Positions 7,373 through 17,546 of a stretch of DNA of 50,935 bases are shown piece by piece; position 1 is the stretch's first letter, and each line of letters begins with the position of its first letter. The translations under genes and the position numbers were made by a program. The DNA is from Tubiluchus corallicola (taxonomy: Eukaryota; Animalia; Priapulida): contig JAQGDQ010002424.1 of NCBI GenBank assembly GCA_030141605.1, forward strand, positions 1-50,935, in the 5' to 3' direction. Under the pieces are notes generated by a model. The model ran no database searches. It was not told the DNA's origin and was given only the letters and a program-made list of their open reading frames with translations.

Positions 7373-8725
7373 ATGCAAAACATTGGAATTATGAAAAAAA
7401 ACGCATCTTATATTAACTTAATACTTTGCATCGTAATATTAAGTTTAAGTATAATAGCCTGTGAACAAAAAATAGGTGGTATGGTATTAAAACCTACCGC
7501 TACTAATGCAGGTGGGAAAAGTACAACAACATCTTTATCCTTCAATAAAGACGATGGATTCAAAGTTCCTAGATTTAGTGGGCAACCTGAAGGCCCCAAC
7601 CTTGTATTTGTAGAAGGTGGAAGATCAGTATTAGGTTTCCTAGGCGAAGATGTTGCTTATGCCAGAGATAATCCGCCAAGAACAGTAACAATATCTTCTT
7701 TTTATTTAGATGAAACGGAAATAGCAAATATCCACTGGTTAGAATATTTATTCTATTTAAATAAAGACTCTACATTGGAAGTACAAGAAGCAGCACTTCC
7801 TGACACAACAGTATGGTTGCATGAATTGAGCTATAACGACCCATACGTAGAACACTATCTGCGTTTTCCAGGTTTTAGATTTTTTCCTGTTGTTGGCGTG
7901 TCGTGGAGACAAGCAGTAGACTACTGCAGATGGAGAACCAATGTTGTAAACCAACAGTTAGCCAAAAACACAAACCTTTTACCTTCAGATGAAAAAAGTA
8001 AAAGAAGAGATAAAAAAAGAAGCTCTGCAGAAACCTATGAAGGAGTAGATGGGGAACTTCCAGAACAACGTGTAGATGAAGTAATGATTTCTGGGGTATT
8101 ACCTGCTTATAGGCTGCCAACAGAAGCAGAATGGCAATATGCAGCGCAAGCACTGATAGGAACACAGTGGATAGATGAAAATAACATTCAACAAAGAATT
8201 TACCCTTGGGATGGACGCGCCTTACGTTCTCCATATGGTAAAAAAATGGGACAATTTCTTGCAAACTTCAAAAGAGGAAGAGGTGACTATTCAGGAGTAG
8301 CTGGAAAATTAAACGATGGAGCAATAATTACAGCATATATATATGAATACCCTCCTAATGACTATGGGTTGTATAATATGGCTGGAAATGTAAATGAATG
8401 GGTGTTTGATGTTTATAGACCTCTTACATTTGAGGAGGTTCAAGATATCAATCCATTAAGAAGAGCAAATCCTGACTTTAATGGGCATTTGCAATACGAT
8501 GCAAACAGAGATGACCCAGAACTAAATTATAATTATCCTAGAGCTGGAAACGCACAAGCTCCTAACTCGTTGATTTCTGACAGATCTAGAGTATACAAAG
8601 GCGGTTCGTGGAATGATATAGAGTTTTGGTTGCAACCAGGAACAAGAAGATATATTGATCAAGATTCTGCTACTGCAACTATTGGTTTCCGTTGCGCTCT
8701 AACAAGGCTAGGAACTTATAAATAA
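7373..8725 (+). CDS. gldJ: Gliding motility lipoprotein GldJ (FGE-sulfatase fold)
   Basis: Lipobox-like IIAC; GPNLVFVEGG, DETEIAN, ALPDTTVW, RLPTEAEW, ANFKRGRGDYSGVAG, RVYKGGSW, GFRCA. Confidence 0.85.
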   Translation: MQNIGIMKKNASYINLILCIVILSLSIIACEQKIGGMVLKPTATNAGGKSTTTSLSFNKDDGFKVPRFSGQPEGPNLVFVEGGRSVLGFLGEDVAYARDNPPRTVTISSFYLDETEIANIHWLEYLFYLNKDSTLEVQEAALPDTTVWLHELSYNDPYVEHYLRFPGFRFFPVVGVSWRQAVDYCRWRTNVVNQQLAKNTNLLPSDEKSKRRDKKRSSAETYEGVDGELPEQRVDEVMISGVLPAYRLPTEAEWQYAAQALIGTQWIDENNIQQRIYPWDGRALRSPYGKKMGQFLANFKRGRGDYSGVAGKLNDGAIITAYIYEYPPNDYGLYNMAGNVNEWVFDVYRPLTFEEVQDINPLRRANPDFNGHLQYDANRDDPELNYNYPRAGNAQAPNSLISDRSRVYKGGSWNDIEFWLQPGTRRYIDQDSATATIGFRCALTRLGTYK

Positions 8726-8744
8726 TAAAAATATATAGTACTCC

Positions 8745-8781
8745 AAAAGGCGGTTTTTTAAAATAAAATGCCGCCTTTTTT
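8745..8781 (+). terminator. Intrinsic terminator after gldJ
   Basis: AAAAGGCGGT ... GCCGCCTTTT stem followed by T run. Confidence 0.75.
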
Positions 8782-8802
8782 ATTGTTTAATAACATAGAA
8801 CA

Positions 8803-9876
8803 ATGCTTCAAGAACTTGCCGAAATAGAAGAAAGATTTAATGTCGTAGCCAAACGACTATTAGACCCGGATATAATAAAAGACATAAAACAATATTCTAA
8901 ATTAAATAAAGAGTATAAAGAGCTTGAAAAAATAACTAACAAGTTTCATGAATATCAAAACGTACTCTCTAATATTAAAGAAGCAAAACACGTACTGGAA
9001 ACAGATAAAGATGAAGAGTTTAGAAGCCTCGCCAAACAAGAGTTAGATACACTTGCCCCAAAGCAAGAAAGCATTGAAGCAGAACTAAAAAAGTTATTGC
9101 TCCCTACTGACCCCAACGATAGCAAAAATATTGTCCTTGAAATAAGAGCAGGAACTGGGGGAGACGAAGCATCCATTTTTGCAGGCGATTTATTTAGAAT
9201 GTATAGAGGGTTTGCAGAAAAACAAGGATGGAAACTAAATGTAATAGATACAACAGAAGGCACATCTGGGGGGTACAAAGAGATAATATGCACAATAGCA
9301 GGCAACAATGTATATGGAATGATGAAGTTTGAATCAGGAGTTCATAGAGTGCAAAGAGTGCCTGTAACAGAAACACAAGGCAGAGTACACACATCTGCAG
9401 CCAGTGTAGTTGTATTGCCCGAAATAGACGACATAGAAGTAAATCTTAATATGAATGAAATAAGAAAAGACACTTTCTGTTCGTCTGGGCCAGGAGGCCA
9501 ATCCGTAAACACTACCTACTCCGCTATAAGACTCACCCACATTCCCACAGGCATTGTTGTTTCTTGTCAAGACGAGAAATCTCAAATCAAAAATTTAGAA
9601 AAAGCATTGACGGTGTTGCGTGCAAGAATATATGAGCTTGAAAGAGAAAAACAACACAATGCTATTGGCAATCAAAGAAAATCTATGGTTCGATCAGGAG
9701 ATCGTTCCGAAAAAATTAGAACCTACAACTATCCACAAGGCAGAGTGACAGACCACAGAATAGGATTTTCCGTACACAGCTTGCCTAGTGTAATGAACGG
9801 AAATATTATGGAATTTATTGAAAATGTTAGAATTGCTGACAATGCCGAAAAACTAAAAGAAGGAGGAAAAGAATAA
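8803..9876 (+). CDS. prfA: Peptide chain release factor 1
   Basis: EIRAGTGGDEA, PxT (PVT) anticodon loop, GGQ motif, IRTYNYPQGRVTDHR. Confidence 0.98.
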   Translation: MLQELAEIEERFNVVAKRLLDPDIIKDIKQYSKLNKEYKELEKITNKFHEYQNVLSNIKEAKHVLETDKDEEFRSLAKQELDTLAPKQESIEAELKKLLLPTDPNDSKNIVLEIRAGTGGDEASIFAGDLFRMYRGFAEKQGWKLNVIDTTEGTSGGYKEIICTIAGNNVYGMMKFESGVHRVQRVPVTETQGRVHTSAASVVVLPEIDDIEVNLNMNEIRKDTFCSSGPGGQSVNTTYSAIRLTHIPTGIVVSCQDEKSQIKNLEKALTVLRARIYELEREKQHNAIGNQRKSMVRSGDRSEKIRTYNYPQGRVTDHRIGFSVHSLPSVMNGNIMEFIENVRIADNAEKLKEGGKE

Positions 9877-10068
9877 CCCTTGAAGCTCTAAAAAATACAA
9901 TACCAAACTATTGCATTGCCAAAATGCGTTATTGATTTCTTCTTTTTCATTTTTTAACAAAAAACCACCCTATATGTTTATTGCTTCAAATGTATTGAAA
10001 TATATCTAAATTTACTAACTTGCAAACAAAAGCTTATGTAAACAATAACTTAATAAAAAAATTGAAAT

Positions 10069-11703
10069 ATGTCTAATAGTTTTTTTAAAATTCCAAAACC
10101 TCATAACGAACCAGTACTATCTTATTCTAAAGGAAGTATAGAAAAAAAAGCTCTGAAAGAAGCCATTCAAGAAGCTAGAAATTCGCAAATAACTGTACCA
10201 CTATATATAGGTAATCAAGAAATAAAAACAGAAAAAAAGGGAGTGATGTCACCTCCCCATGATCACCAGCACATATTAGGGCATTATTATATTGGAAATC
10301 GCAAGCACGTAAAACAAGCCATTGACACAGCATTGGCAGCTAAATCAAATTGGGAAAATATGCCGTGGTATCAGCGAGCTTCTATCTTTCTTAAAGCCGC
10401 AGAGTTAATCGCAGGCCCATATAGAGCCAAAATCAATGCCGCTACAATGTTAGCGCAATCTAAAAATGCTTACCAAGCAGAAATAGACGCTGCCTGTGAA
10501 ATGGTAGACTTTTTAAGGTTCAATGCATATTTCATGTCAAAAATATATCAAGAGCAACCTAATTCATCTCCTACTATTTGGAATAGATTAGAGTACAGAG
10601 CATTAGAAGGATTTATTCTTGCAGTGACTCCTTTTAACTTTACAGCCATTGCAGGAAACCTACCAGCAGCTCCTGCCCTTATGGGTAACGTTGTGTTATG
10701 GAAACCCTCTGATGCGCAAATGTATTCTGCCAATGTGCTCATGAAAATATTTAAAGAAGCAGGACTGCCTGATGGAGTAATCAACATGGTATTGGTAGAT
10801 CCCGAAGATTTGGAAGAGGTATATGAGAGTCCCGAATTATCAGGTATACACTTTACAGGAAGCTCAGCTGTGTTTCAAAAAATATGGAGAAAAATAGGAG
10901 GAAACATTTCAAAATATAAGTCTTTTCCTAGAATTGTAGGGGAAACAGGCGGCAAAGATTTTATAGTTGCACACCCATCTGCCAACGTAAAAGAAGTAGT
11001 AACAGGAATTATTCGTGGTGCATTTGAGTTTCAAGGGCAGAAATGCTCTGCCGCTTCAAGAGCATATTTGCCTAATAACTTGTGGAAAAGAATAAAAGAA
11101 GAGCTTTTGAAAGACCTAAAAGGTATAAAAATTGGAGGCACAGAAAATTTTTCAAATTTCGTCAATGCCGTAATTAATAAAAAGGCTTTTGATAAGATAA
11201 AGGGATATATTGACGAGGCTAAAAAAAGCTCAGATATAGAGGTTCTTTTTGGAGGAAATTGTGATGACTCAAAGGGATATTTTATTGAGCCTACTGTTTT
11301 GCTTACAAAAAATCCAAAATATAAAACAATGTGTGAAGAGATTTTTGGACCTGTTATCACTATATATATTTATGACGAAGAAAAAGAAAAGTATGAAGAT
11401 ATACTTAAATTAATAGACTCCTCTTCTCCATATGCCTTAACAGGAGCAGTGTTTTCTCAAGATAGAAATGCCATTGTGGTAACAGAAAAATTGTTACAAC
11501 ATTCAGCGGGGAATTTCTATATTAATGATAAACCAACTGGCGCTGTTGTTGGTCAACAACCTTTTGGAGGCGGAAGGGGTTCTGGAACAAATGATAAAGC
11601 AGGGGCATCGTTAAATTTATTGCGATGGGCATCTGCAAGAACAATTAAGGAGAGCTTACTTCCACCAACAAGTTACCACTATCCATTTATGGATGAAGAA
11701 TAG
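10069..11703 (+). CDS. pruA: L-glutamate gamma-semialdehyde (P5C) dehydrogenase
   Basis: NEP, AEIDAACE, PFNFTAI, FTGS, GETGGK, GQKCSA, EEIFGP, NDKPTGAVVGQQPFGG. Confidence 0.95.
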   Translation: MSNSFFKIPKPHNEPVLSYSKGSIEKKALKEAIQEARNSQITVPLYIGNQEIKTEKKGVMSPPHDHQHILGHYYIGNRKHVKQAIDTALAAKSNWENMPWYQRASIFLKAAELIAGPYRAKINAATMLAQSKNAYQAEIDAACEMVDFLRFNAYFMSKIYQEQPNSSPTIWNRLEYRALEGFILAVTPFNFTAIAGNLPAAPALMGNVVLWKPSDAQMYSANVLMKIFKEAGLPDGVINMVLVDPEDLEEVYESPELSGIHFTGSSAVFQKIWRKIGGNISKYKSFPRIVGETGGKDFIVAHPSANVKEVVTGIIRGAFEFQGQKCSAASRAYLPNNLWKRIKEELLKDLKGIKIGGTENFSNFVNAVINKKAFDKIKGYIDEAKKSSDIEVLFGGNCDDSKGYFIEPTVLLTKNPKYKTMCEEIFGPVITIYIYDEEKEKYEDILKLIDSSSPYALTGAVFSQDRNAIVVTEKLLQHSAGNFYINDKPTGAVVGQQPFGGGRGSGTNDKAGASLNLLRWASARTIKESLLPPTSYHYPFMDEE

Positions 11704-12928
11704 GCATGCTATGTTAAAACATACATTTGAAAAAGAGTTTGCCCTTTGCCAAATACAATTAAAAGGAGTATTAGAGATCACTAATGCTATAAATGAAAAT
11801 ATGTCAGAAGAAAACTTGTATAAGTTGTATAAGTTTTTGCTTTTAACTAATTTAGATGTAACAAAAATAACGCTTTTCACATATGAAAACGGAAAATGGA
11901 ACTGCAAAATAAATTATGGAACTAAAACAAATTTTTTAGACTATAATGTTGATGATGAAAATTTCAAGCTAAGTACTGCAGCCAGTATTGCCACGCTTAG
12001 CGATATAGACCCTGCTTTTTCGGAGTTTGAAGTTATGGTTCCTATTAATCATAAAAATAAAAACTTAGCACTTTTATTTCTTGGAAGTAATATAGAGCAA
12101 AAAACTAAGCTGGATACAAATTTTGCTCAAACTATTGGTAATATTGTAATGGTAGCCATTGAGAACAAAAAGTTTGCAAGACAACAAATTCAAAAAGAAA
12201 CACTCCAAAAAGAATTAGAGATTGCCTCCAAACTTCAATTAAGGTTATTGCCCCATAAGCTACCATATAATGACAAGGTGAAATTTGCTTCTGTTTACAT
12301 ACCTCATAATAATGTAGGTGGAGACTATTATGATGTTATTCCTATTACACAGGACGAATATCTTTTTTGCATTGCTGATGTTTCTGGCAAAGGGGTGCCT
12401 GCTGCTCTTCTAATGTCAAATTTTAATGCTGCTCTTCATGTGCTTGTTCGTCAAAAAATTAGCTTAACAAATATTGTTCACTTGTTGAACTATCAAATAT
12501 TCAAGAGCATAGAATATAATGAGTTTTTTATTACTCTTTTCATTGCCATTTACAACCATAAGGATAAAACCTTAGAATACATAAATGCAGGGCATCCCCC
12601 TCCTATTTTATTACAAGGCAATACTACAAAACGGCTAACGGCAAGTGCAACCATTTTAGGTATTTTAGAAAAATTACCTATAAAGCATGTAAAGATAAAA
12701 AACTTGAAAGACTTTTTACTTTTTGCTTATACTGATGGTGTAACAGAATGCTTTAATAATGAAAACGAAATGTTTGGAGAAAATAAAGTAATCAATGTGG
12801 TGCAAAAAAATCAACATTTAGATGTAAAGGATTTTAACGAATCAATGCTTAATCACCTAAATAAGCATAATGGGCAACAAAAACAGTATGAGGATGACAT
12901 TTCATTTTTAACTCTAAAAGCACAATAA
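11693..12928 (+). CDS. PP2C/SpoIIE (RsbU-like) serine phosphatase with N-terminal GAF-like region
   Basis: ELEIA..LQ..LLP, VGGDYYD, IADVSGKG, NAGHPPP, YTDGVTE, DD; start could be slightly downstream. Confidence 0.9.
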   Translation: MKNRHAMLKHTFEKEFALCQIQLKGVLEITNAINENMSEENLYKLYKFLLLTNLDVTKITLFTYENGKWNCKINYGTKTNFLDYNVDDENFKLSTAASIATLSDIDPAFSEFEVMVPINHKNKNLALLFLGSNIEQKTKLDTNFAQTIGNIVMVAIENKKFARQQIQKETLQKELEIASKLQLRLLPHKLPYNDKVKFASVYIPHNNVGGDYYDVIPITQDEYLFCIADVSGKGVPAALLMSNFNAALHVLVRQKISLTNIVHLLNYQIFKSIEYNEFFITLFIAIYNHKDKTLEYINAGHPPPILLQGNTTKRLTASATILGILEKLPIKHVKIKNLKDFLLFAYTDGVTECFNNENEMFGENKVINVVQKNQHLDVKDFNESMLNHLNKHNGQQKQYEDDISFLTLKAQ

Positions 12929-12977
12929 AGCTTTTAAATCACATCTTGTTTGTTGCTAAAAGTCAAAAAATTTCCCT

Positions 12978-13451
12978 TTATCTAAACCTCTCTAATGAAC
13001 GAACTAGGTTTTCATCTCTTTTAATAAAATTTTGTGCCAATGTATTAAGCACTATTGCCACAAAAGGAAAGATAAGACCAACATGCCATGCTCCATTGAA
13101 AAAGCTTTTTAGCTGATTGATTTTATATAGGCACAAAGCAATAACCAATAGCAATATAAAGGTGTTTAAAAAGGCAAGCCTAAACTGCCTAAGCCTCTTT
13201 TTGTAGATAAAAATAATGTATAGAGTATTACAAATCACCAACAGTGTTGCAGCACCCAAAAGCAATAAGTATTCGCATTGGCTAATTTCTGCACCTGTTG
13301 TTGTTGTTTCATATTCAATTAGGACAAATGCATTAGCTTCTATTTCAATCATAGAATCATCAGTCGTTCCTTTCCAAAAAGGAATGAATGCTAATAGAGT
13401 CATACATATGATAACTCCAAGCAAAAATAATGTTTGTATTCGCTCTATCAT
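12978..13451 (-). CDS. DUF4293-type membrane protein
   Basis: MIERIQTLFL start, YKKRLRQ, C-terminal IKRDENLVRSLER; four hydrophobic segments. Confidence 0.8.
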   Translation of the reverse strand: MIERIQTLFLLGVIICMTLLAFIPFWKGTTDDSMIEIEANAFVLIEYETTTTGAEISQCEYLLLLGAATLLVICNTLYIIFIYKKRLRQFRLAFLNTFILLLVIALCLYKINQLKSFFNGAWHVGLIFPFVAIVLNTLAQNFIKRDENLVRSLERFR

Positions 13452-13496
13452 TTTATGACTAAAACTCTAAATATTAACTATTGAATAGATGATTAT

Positions 13497-14180
13497 CTAC
13501 TTAACATCTATGAGTTCTATTTCAAAAAAAAGTGTTGCATCTGGAGGAATGACAGGAGGAAACCCAGATAGTCCATAACCTATGCGAGAAGGTATTTTTA
13601 ACAATGCTTTTGTTCCTTTTGGCAGTCGCATGATGCCTTCATCCCATCCTTTTATTACCTGCCCTACTCCTACTTCAAATGTAATTGGTTCCCCTCTATC
13701 AAAAGAGTTGTCAAAAACGCTTCCATCTTCTAAAAACCCTTTATAATGTACAGAAACCTTCTGCCCTTTTTGAGGCAGGCTACCTTCTCCTTTTTCATGA
13801 ATTTTAATTCCAAGCCCTGATTCGTAATATTCCATATTTATTTCTCTTTTAGCTATTTTCCATTGTTCAAGTGCTTGCCAAACAAACACTAATTCCAATG
13901 CTGTTAATTTAAGTTCTTTATTTTTTGACATTGTTGTCAAGTTCTCCATTGTTGGCTCTTGTAGTAAAATTGTTTTTTCTTTTTTACCGCGAAGCAATAT
14001 AACATGATCTTCTTTTTCGGCAAACAACGCACATAAGTCAGAAGAAATTTTCTCGTTTTTATAGCAGTAATCAGCTTTCAAATCACTCTTGGTAACACAC
14101 TGCGTACATTGAGCATTAGATTTGTCTATAACTATTATTAAACAAATAGTTATGAGTAACAAAAAATATCTTTTATTCAT
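13497..14180 (-). CDS. Exported FKBP-type peptidyl-prolyl isomerase
   Basis: VHYKG, FDNS, GQVIKGWDEG, GYG, IPPDATLFFEIEL; signal peptide. Confidence 0.92.
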   Translation of the reverse strand: MNKRYFLLLITICLIIVIDKSNAQCTQCVTKSDLKADYCYKNEKISSDLCALFAEKEDHVILLRGKKEKTILLQEPTMENLTTMSKNKELKLTALELVFVWQALEQWKIAKREINMEYYESGLGIKIHEKGEGSLPQKGQKVSVHYKGFLEDGSVFDNSFDRGEPITFEVGVGQVIKGWDEGIMRLPKGTKALLKIPSRIGYGLSGFPPVIPPDATLFFEIELIDVK

Positions 14181-14334
14181 TGGTTAGGGAAATTATATAT
14201 TTTAATTTTCTTAAATACTTTAGCATTTACTATCATCAAAAACACCAACTATTATAGTATTTATTAGATTAGAATTTCAAAGTGTAAAGTTAGAAAAATT
14301 ACATGAAAATATCCATAAATTTCACAATATTTTT

Positions 14335-15093
14335 CTATTCTGATATCTCATATGAAGAGCAATGAGATATGAGTTTGCTTATGGCCATTTTATGGTTGAG
14401 TTGCTGAGCTCTCTTCCAATCGTCGCATGCTTTTTCGTTTTCGTTTGTTTTCCAATACAAATTAGCCCTAATAAAAAATGCCTCATTAAGATCAGAACAT
14501 CCTATGTTTATGATTTTAGTAATATTTTCAATAGCAGCATTATATTTTCCTTCTTTTTCCAATAGTTTTGTAACAAAAAAATAAGGCTTTTCAAGGGTAG
14601 AATCAAGCTCAATTGCACGTAGATAGTCTTCTATTGCCAAATCATCTTTGCTTGAAAATTTCCTTATATTGCCTCTGTAATAATAAACCCTTGCGTCTTC
14701 AGGGTTAAGTTCTATAGATTTTGAATAGTCCTCTTCTGATTCTTCATATTTTTTAGCTAACTCTCTTGCATAGCCTCTATAAATATATCCAAAAGGGTTT
14801 GCTGGATTTAACTCTATAAAGAAAGAGTAAATTTCTTCTGCTTTTTCATAATTTTTATCTACAATATAAATAGATGATTTTCCATTATAAGGTCCTAAGT
14901 CAAAAGGGTTGAGCTCTATAGATTTTTTATAAAATTTCAAAGCCCTCTTATCCCTTCCTTTAAAAGCACATTCCAATCCCCTAAGATATTTCTCTTTTGC
15001 TTTCCTCTCGTCTTTAACAGAGTGGTTTGTTTGAGCATATCCTGCCAATGAGGTATTAAAGATAAGCCAAAACAGTAATAATGTTGTTTTCAT
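14335..15093 (-). CDS. Exported tetratricopeptide repeat protein
   Basis: Repeated IELNP/YxxRG TPR units, C-terminal ACDDWKRA; start taken at MKTTLL signal peptide. Confidence 0.85.
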   Translation of the reverse strand: MKTTLLLFWLIFNTSLAGYAQTNHSVKDERKAKEKYLRGLECAFKGRDKRALKFYKKSIELNPFDLGPYNGKSSIYIVDKNYEKAEEIYSFFIELNPANPFGYIYRGYARELAKKYEESEEDYSKSIELNPEDARVYYYRGNIRKFSSKDDLAIEDYLRAIELDSTLEKPYFFVTKLLEKEGKYNAAIENITKIINIGCSDLNEAFFIRANLYWKTNENEKACDDWKRAQQLNHKMAISKLISHCSSYEISE

Positions 15094-15352
15094 AGAAGTA
15101 AGTTTAGACCAAACAACAAATAACTTTAAAGGCACCAATGTAAAAAACACAAAAAACGTAAAATTTGTTTTAAAAAATTGAATTTTTTGAAACTATTAAG
15201 TGTTTCTGTTGCTAAAAGAATAACAAAATTTGAAATTAATTAGGGTAATAATGGGCAATTCTAATAAAAAGTTGTTAAAAAAAATTAATTATATAACAAA
15301 GCCTACAAACAACGGCACTTAAAAAGGTAGTTAAGGATAATTCAATATTTTC

Positions 15353-15389
15353 CTTTCCCCTTACCTTTATTAAATAGATAAGGGGAAAG
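15353..15389. terminator. Probable terminator hairpin downstream of the small membrane ORF
   Basis: CTTTCCCCTTA / TAAGGGGAAAG 11-bp inverted repeat. Confidence 0.6.
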
Positions 15390-15401
15390 AGAAATAAGAT
15401 T

Positions 15402-15660
15402 TTAAAGTCCGCTTCCAATGGCAGCTGCTCTCACAGAGACCAGAGAGGCGGTAAATACTAAAAACAGTATCGAGTAGACGCCACAACAGACAGTATTAAC
15501 CCCCATAGAGCATATTATAATCCGTTTTATCTTTGTCTACCAAGCCAATAATCCCTAAAACAAAGGCTAATTGAGAAATAACATATGATAGTGATCCAAT
15601 AAGAGGAATAACAGCAGTTACTACAGCTATTATTCCTAAAATTAAACTTGCTTTTTTCAT
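15402..15660 (-). CDS. Small membrane protein, apparently frameshifted (not in ORF track)
   Basis: ATG 15660: MKKASLILGIIAVVTAVIPLIGSLSYVISQLAFVLGIIGLVDKDK..., stop after 54 aa; hydrophobic coding continues in other frames (YALWGLILSVV; SILFLVFTASLVSVRAAAIGSGL*) to TAA at 15402. Confidence 0.6.
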
Positions 15661-15799
15661 ATTGTACAGTTTTTAAGTAATACCTTTTTGGTATAATTTA
15701 CAACATTAATTTGTAAATTACAAATTCGTATCACTTTTTATAAAAACATTTTTCGAAGTAATACGAAATGCTTCTATAAATTCAATCTGTGTTTTCACC

Positions 15800-16996
15800 T
15801 TATTTTAACTGGCAAATAGAAAGCCATGCCATTAGCCCGCTCCCTGTTTCCAAAGCATTTTCGTCCACATTAAAAGTAGGGGTGTGTACATTTGAAATAA
15901 TATTTTTTCTCTCATTTTTTGTCCCCAAACGGTAAAAGCATGCATCCATTTGCTGTGAATAAAAAGCAAAATCCTCCGATGCCATCCATATATCCAAATC
16001 AACAATATTCTCTTTTGTTAGATATTCTGTTGCAAATTGCTTTGTTTTTTCAGTCAATTCTGGAGAATTATTTAAAATAGGGTAGCCTTTTTGCACATCA
16101 AAAATACATTTCCCACCCATTGCTGTGGCTATGCCTTCTGCCATTTTTTTCATTTTATTATGGGCATCCAAACGCCATCTCTCATCCAAGGTTCTGAAAG
16201 TTCCATGAACAATAACTTCATTAGGAATTATGTTTGTTGCTCCCTCTCCTATTATTTTTCCAAATGATAAAACAGATGGTATTCTAGGGTCTGCGTTTCT
16301 ACTCACAATTTGCTGTAGTGCAACAATGATATGAGAAGTTATTACTACTGGGTCTACGTTATAGTGTGGAGTGGCTCCATGCCCCCCCCTTCCCTGAACA
16401 GTCATATACAACTCGTCAGCACTTGCCATATAAATTCCTTTTTTAAAGCCTACTTTTCCTACTGGAATCATGGGCGATACATGCTGTCCCAGTATACATT
16501 TTGGTGTTGGGTTTTGCAACACTCCCTCTTTAATCATCAACGAAGCTCCTCCAGGTTTTTTTTCTTCTCCGGGTTGAAAAATAAGCTTTATAGTTCCTTC
16601 AAACTCATTTTCCAATCCACTCAATATCATTGCCGTGCCAAGCAATGACGCAGTGTGAACATCATGACCGCAAGCATGCATTATTCCTCGATTTTTTGAT
16701 GCATATTCTACGTCATTTTTTTCTTCAATAGGCAAAGCATCTATATCTGCTCTTAAAGCAATTGTTTGTTTCTTAAAGTTTTTGCCTTTTATTAGGGCTA
16801 CTACGCCTGTGTTTGCTTGCTCTTTTATTTCAGAAACACCTATTTTTTGGAGCGTTTCTATAATGTATCTCATTGTTTGGTGCTCTGCAAAAGATAACTC
16901 AGGATAAGCATGTAAATGCCTCCGTATGGCAACAACTTCATCTTTGTATTTAGAGGCCAAAGACTTTATTCTATTTTTGATATCACTATTCATCAA
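15800..16996 (-). CDS. M20D family amidohydrolase
   Basis: RRHLH.YPELSF.E, LRADIDALP, MHACGHD, FQPGEE, GGHGA, EDFAFY, HTPTF. Confidence 0.93.
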   Translation of the reverse strand: MMNSDIKNRIKSLASKYKDEVVAIRRHLHAYPELSFAEHQTMRYIIETLQKIGVSEIKEQANTGVVALIKGKNFKKQTIALRADIDALPIEEKNDVEYASKNRGIMHACGHDVHTASLLGTAMILSGLENEFEGTIKLIFQPGEEKKPGGASLMIKEGVLQNPTPKCILGQHVSPMIPVGKVGFKKGIYMASADELYMTVQGRGGHGATPHYNVDPVVITSHIIVALQQIVSRNADPRIPSVLSFGKIIGEGATNIIPNEVIVHGTFRTLDERWRLDAHNKMKKMAEGIATAMGGKCIFDVQKGYPILNNSPELTEKTKQFATEYLTKENIVDLDIWMASEDFAFYSQQMDACFYRLGTKNERKNIISNVHTPTFNVDENALETGSGLMAWLSICQLK

Positions 16997-17543
16997 TTAT
17001 GGAAAGAAGGTCACTTGCATATACTGTAGTCGGCACTAAAAACGCGCCTTTTATTCCATTTTCTTTTAAGAGCTTAAGCGTTGGATAGGCTTCTAATCTG
17101 TTGTAAAACAGACCAAATCTCAATCTGTAAAATGGCTGTTTGTAGGTAAGCTCAAATTTATCCTCATCTACATCAAAAAGAGCTGCTACTTTGTTTTGCA
17201 TGTCAAATATCTCATCCCTTTGGCTGCTTTGAAAAACTTGAATAGTGTAGAGAGAAATAACGCTATATCCCTTCATATTATCAAGAAAATCATTTATTGC
17301 CAATGTAATGTCATGTGAAAAGTTTACATGATTAATTGCTTTCTCTTTAACATTAAAATGTTGTGTTTTTTCTGCATCTTTTTCGTTGGCAGCTGGCTCG
17401 TATTTTGGTCTATATCTTACCAAGCTTTCATAGTATCTGTTGTTTTTTTTCTTTTGCCCATATGTGTTAGCAAATCCAACGCAAGTAAGTGCAAGTATTA
17501 GAAATATCAATTTGCAATATTTATTCACAGACTGCTTCATCAT
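16986..17543 (-). CDS. Exported protein with SPOR-like C-terminal domain
   Basis: Signal peptide; YTIQVF, Y.QPFYRLRFG.F..RLEA, AFLVP. Confidence 0.65.
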   Translation of the reverse strand: MMKQSVNKYCKLIFLILALTCVGFANTYGQKKKNNRYYESLVRYRPKYEPAANEKDAEKTQHFNVKEKAINHVNFSHDITLAINDFLDNMKGYSVISLYTIQVFQSSQRDEIFDMQNKVAALFDVDEDKFELTYKQPFYRLRFGLFYNRLEAYPTLKLLKENGIKGAFLVPTTVYASDLLSIIDE

Positions 17544-17546
17544 TTT

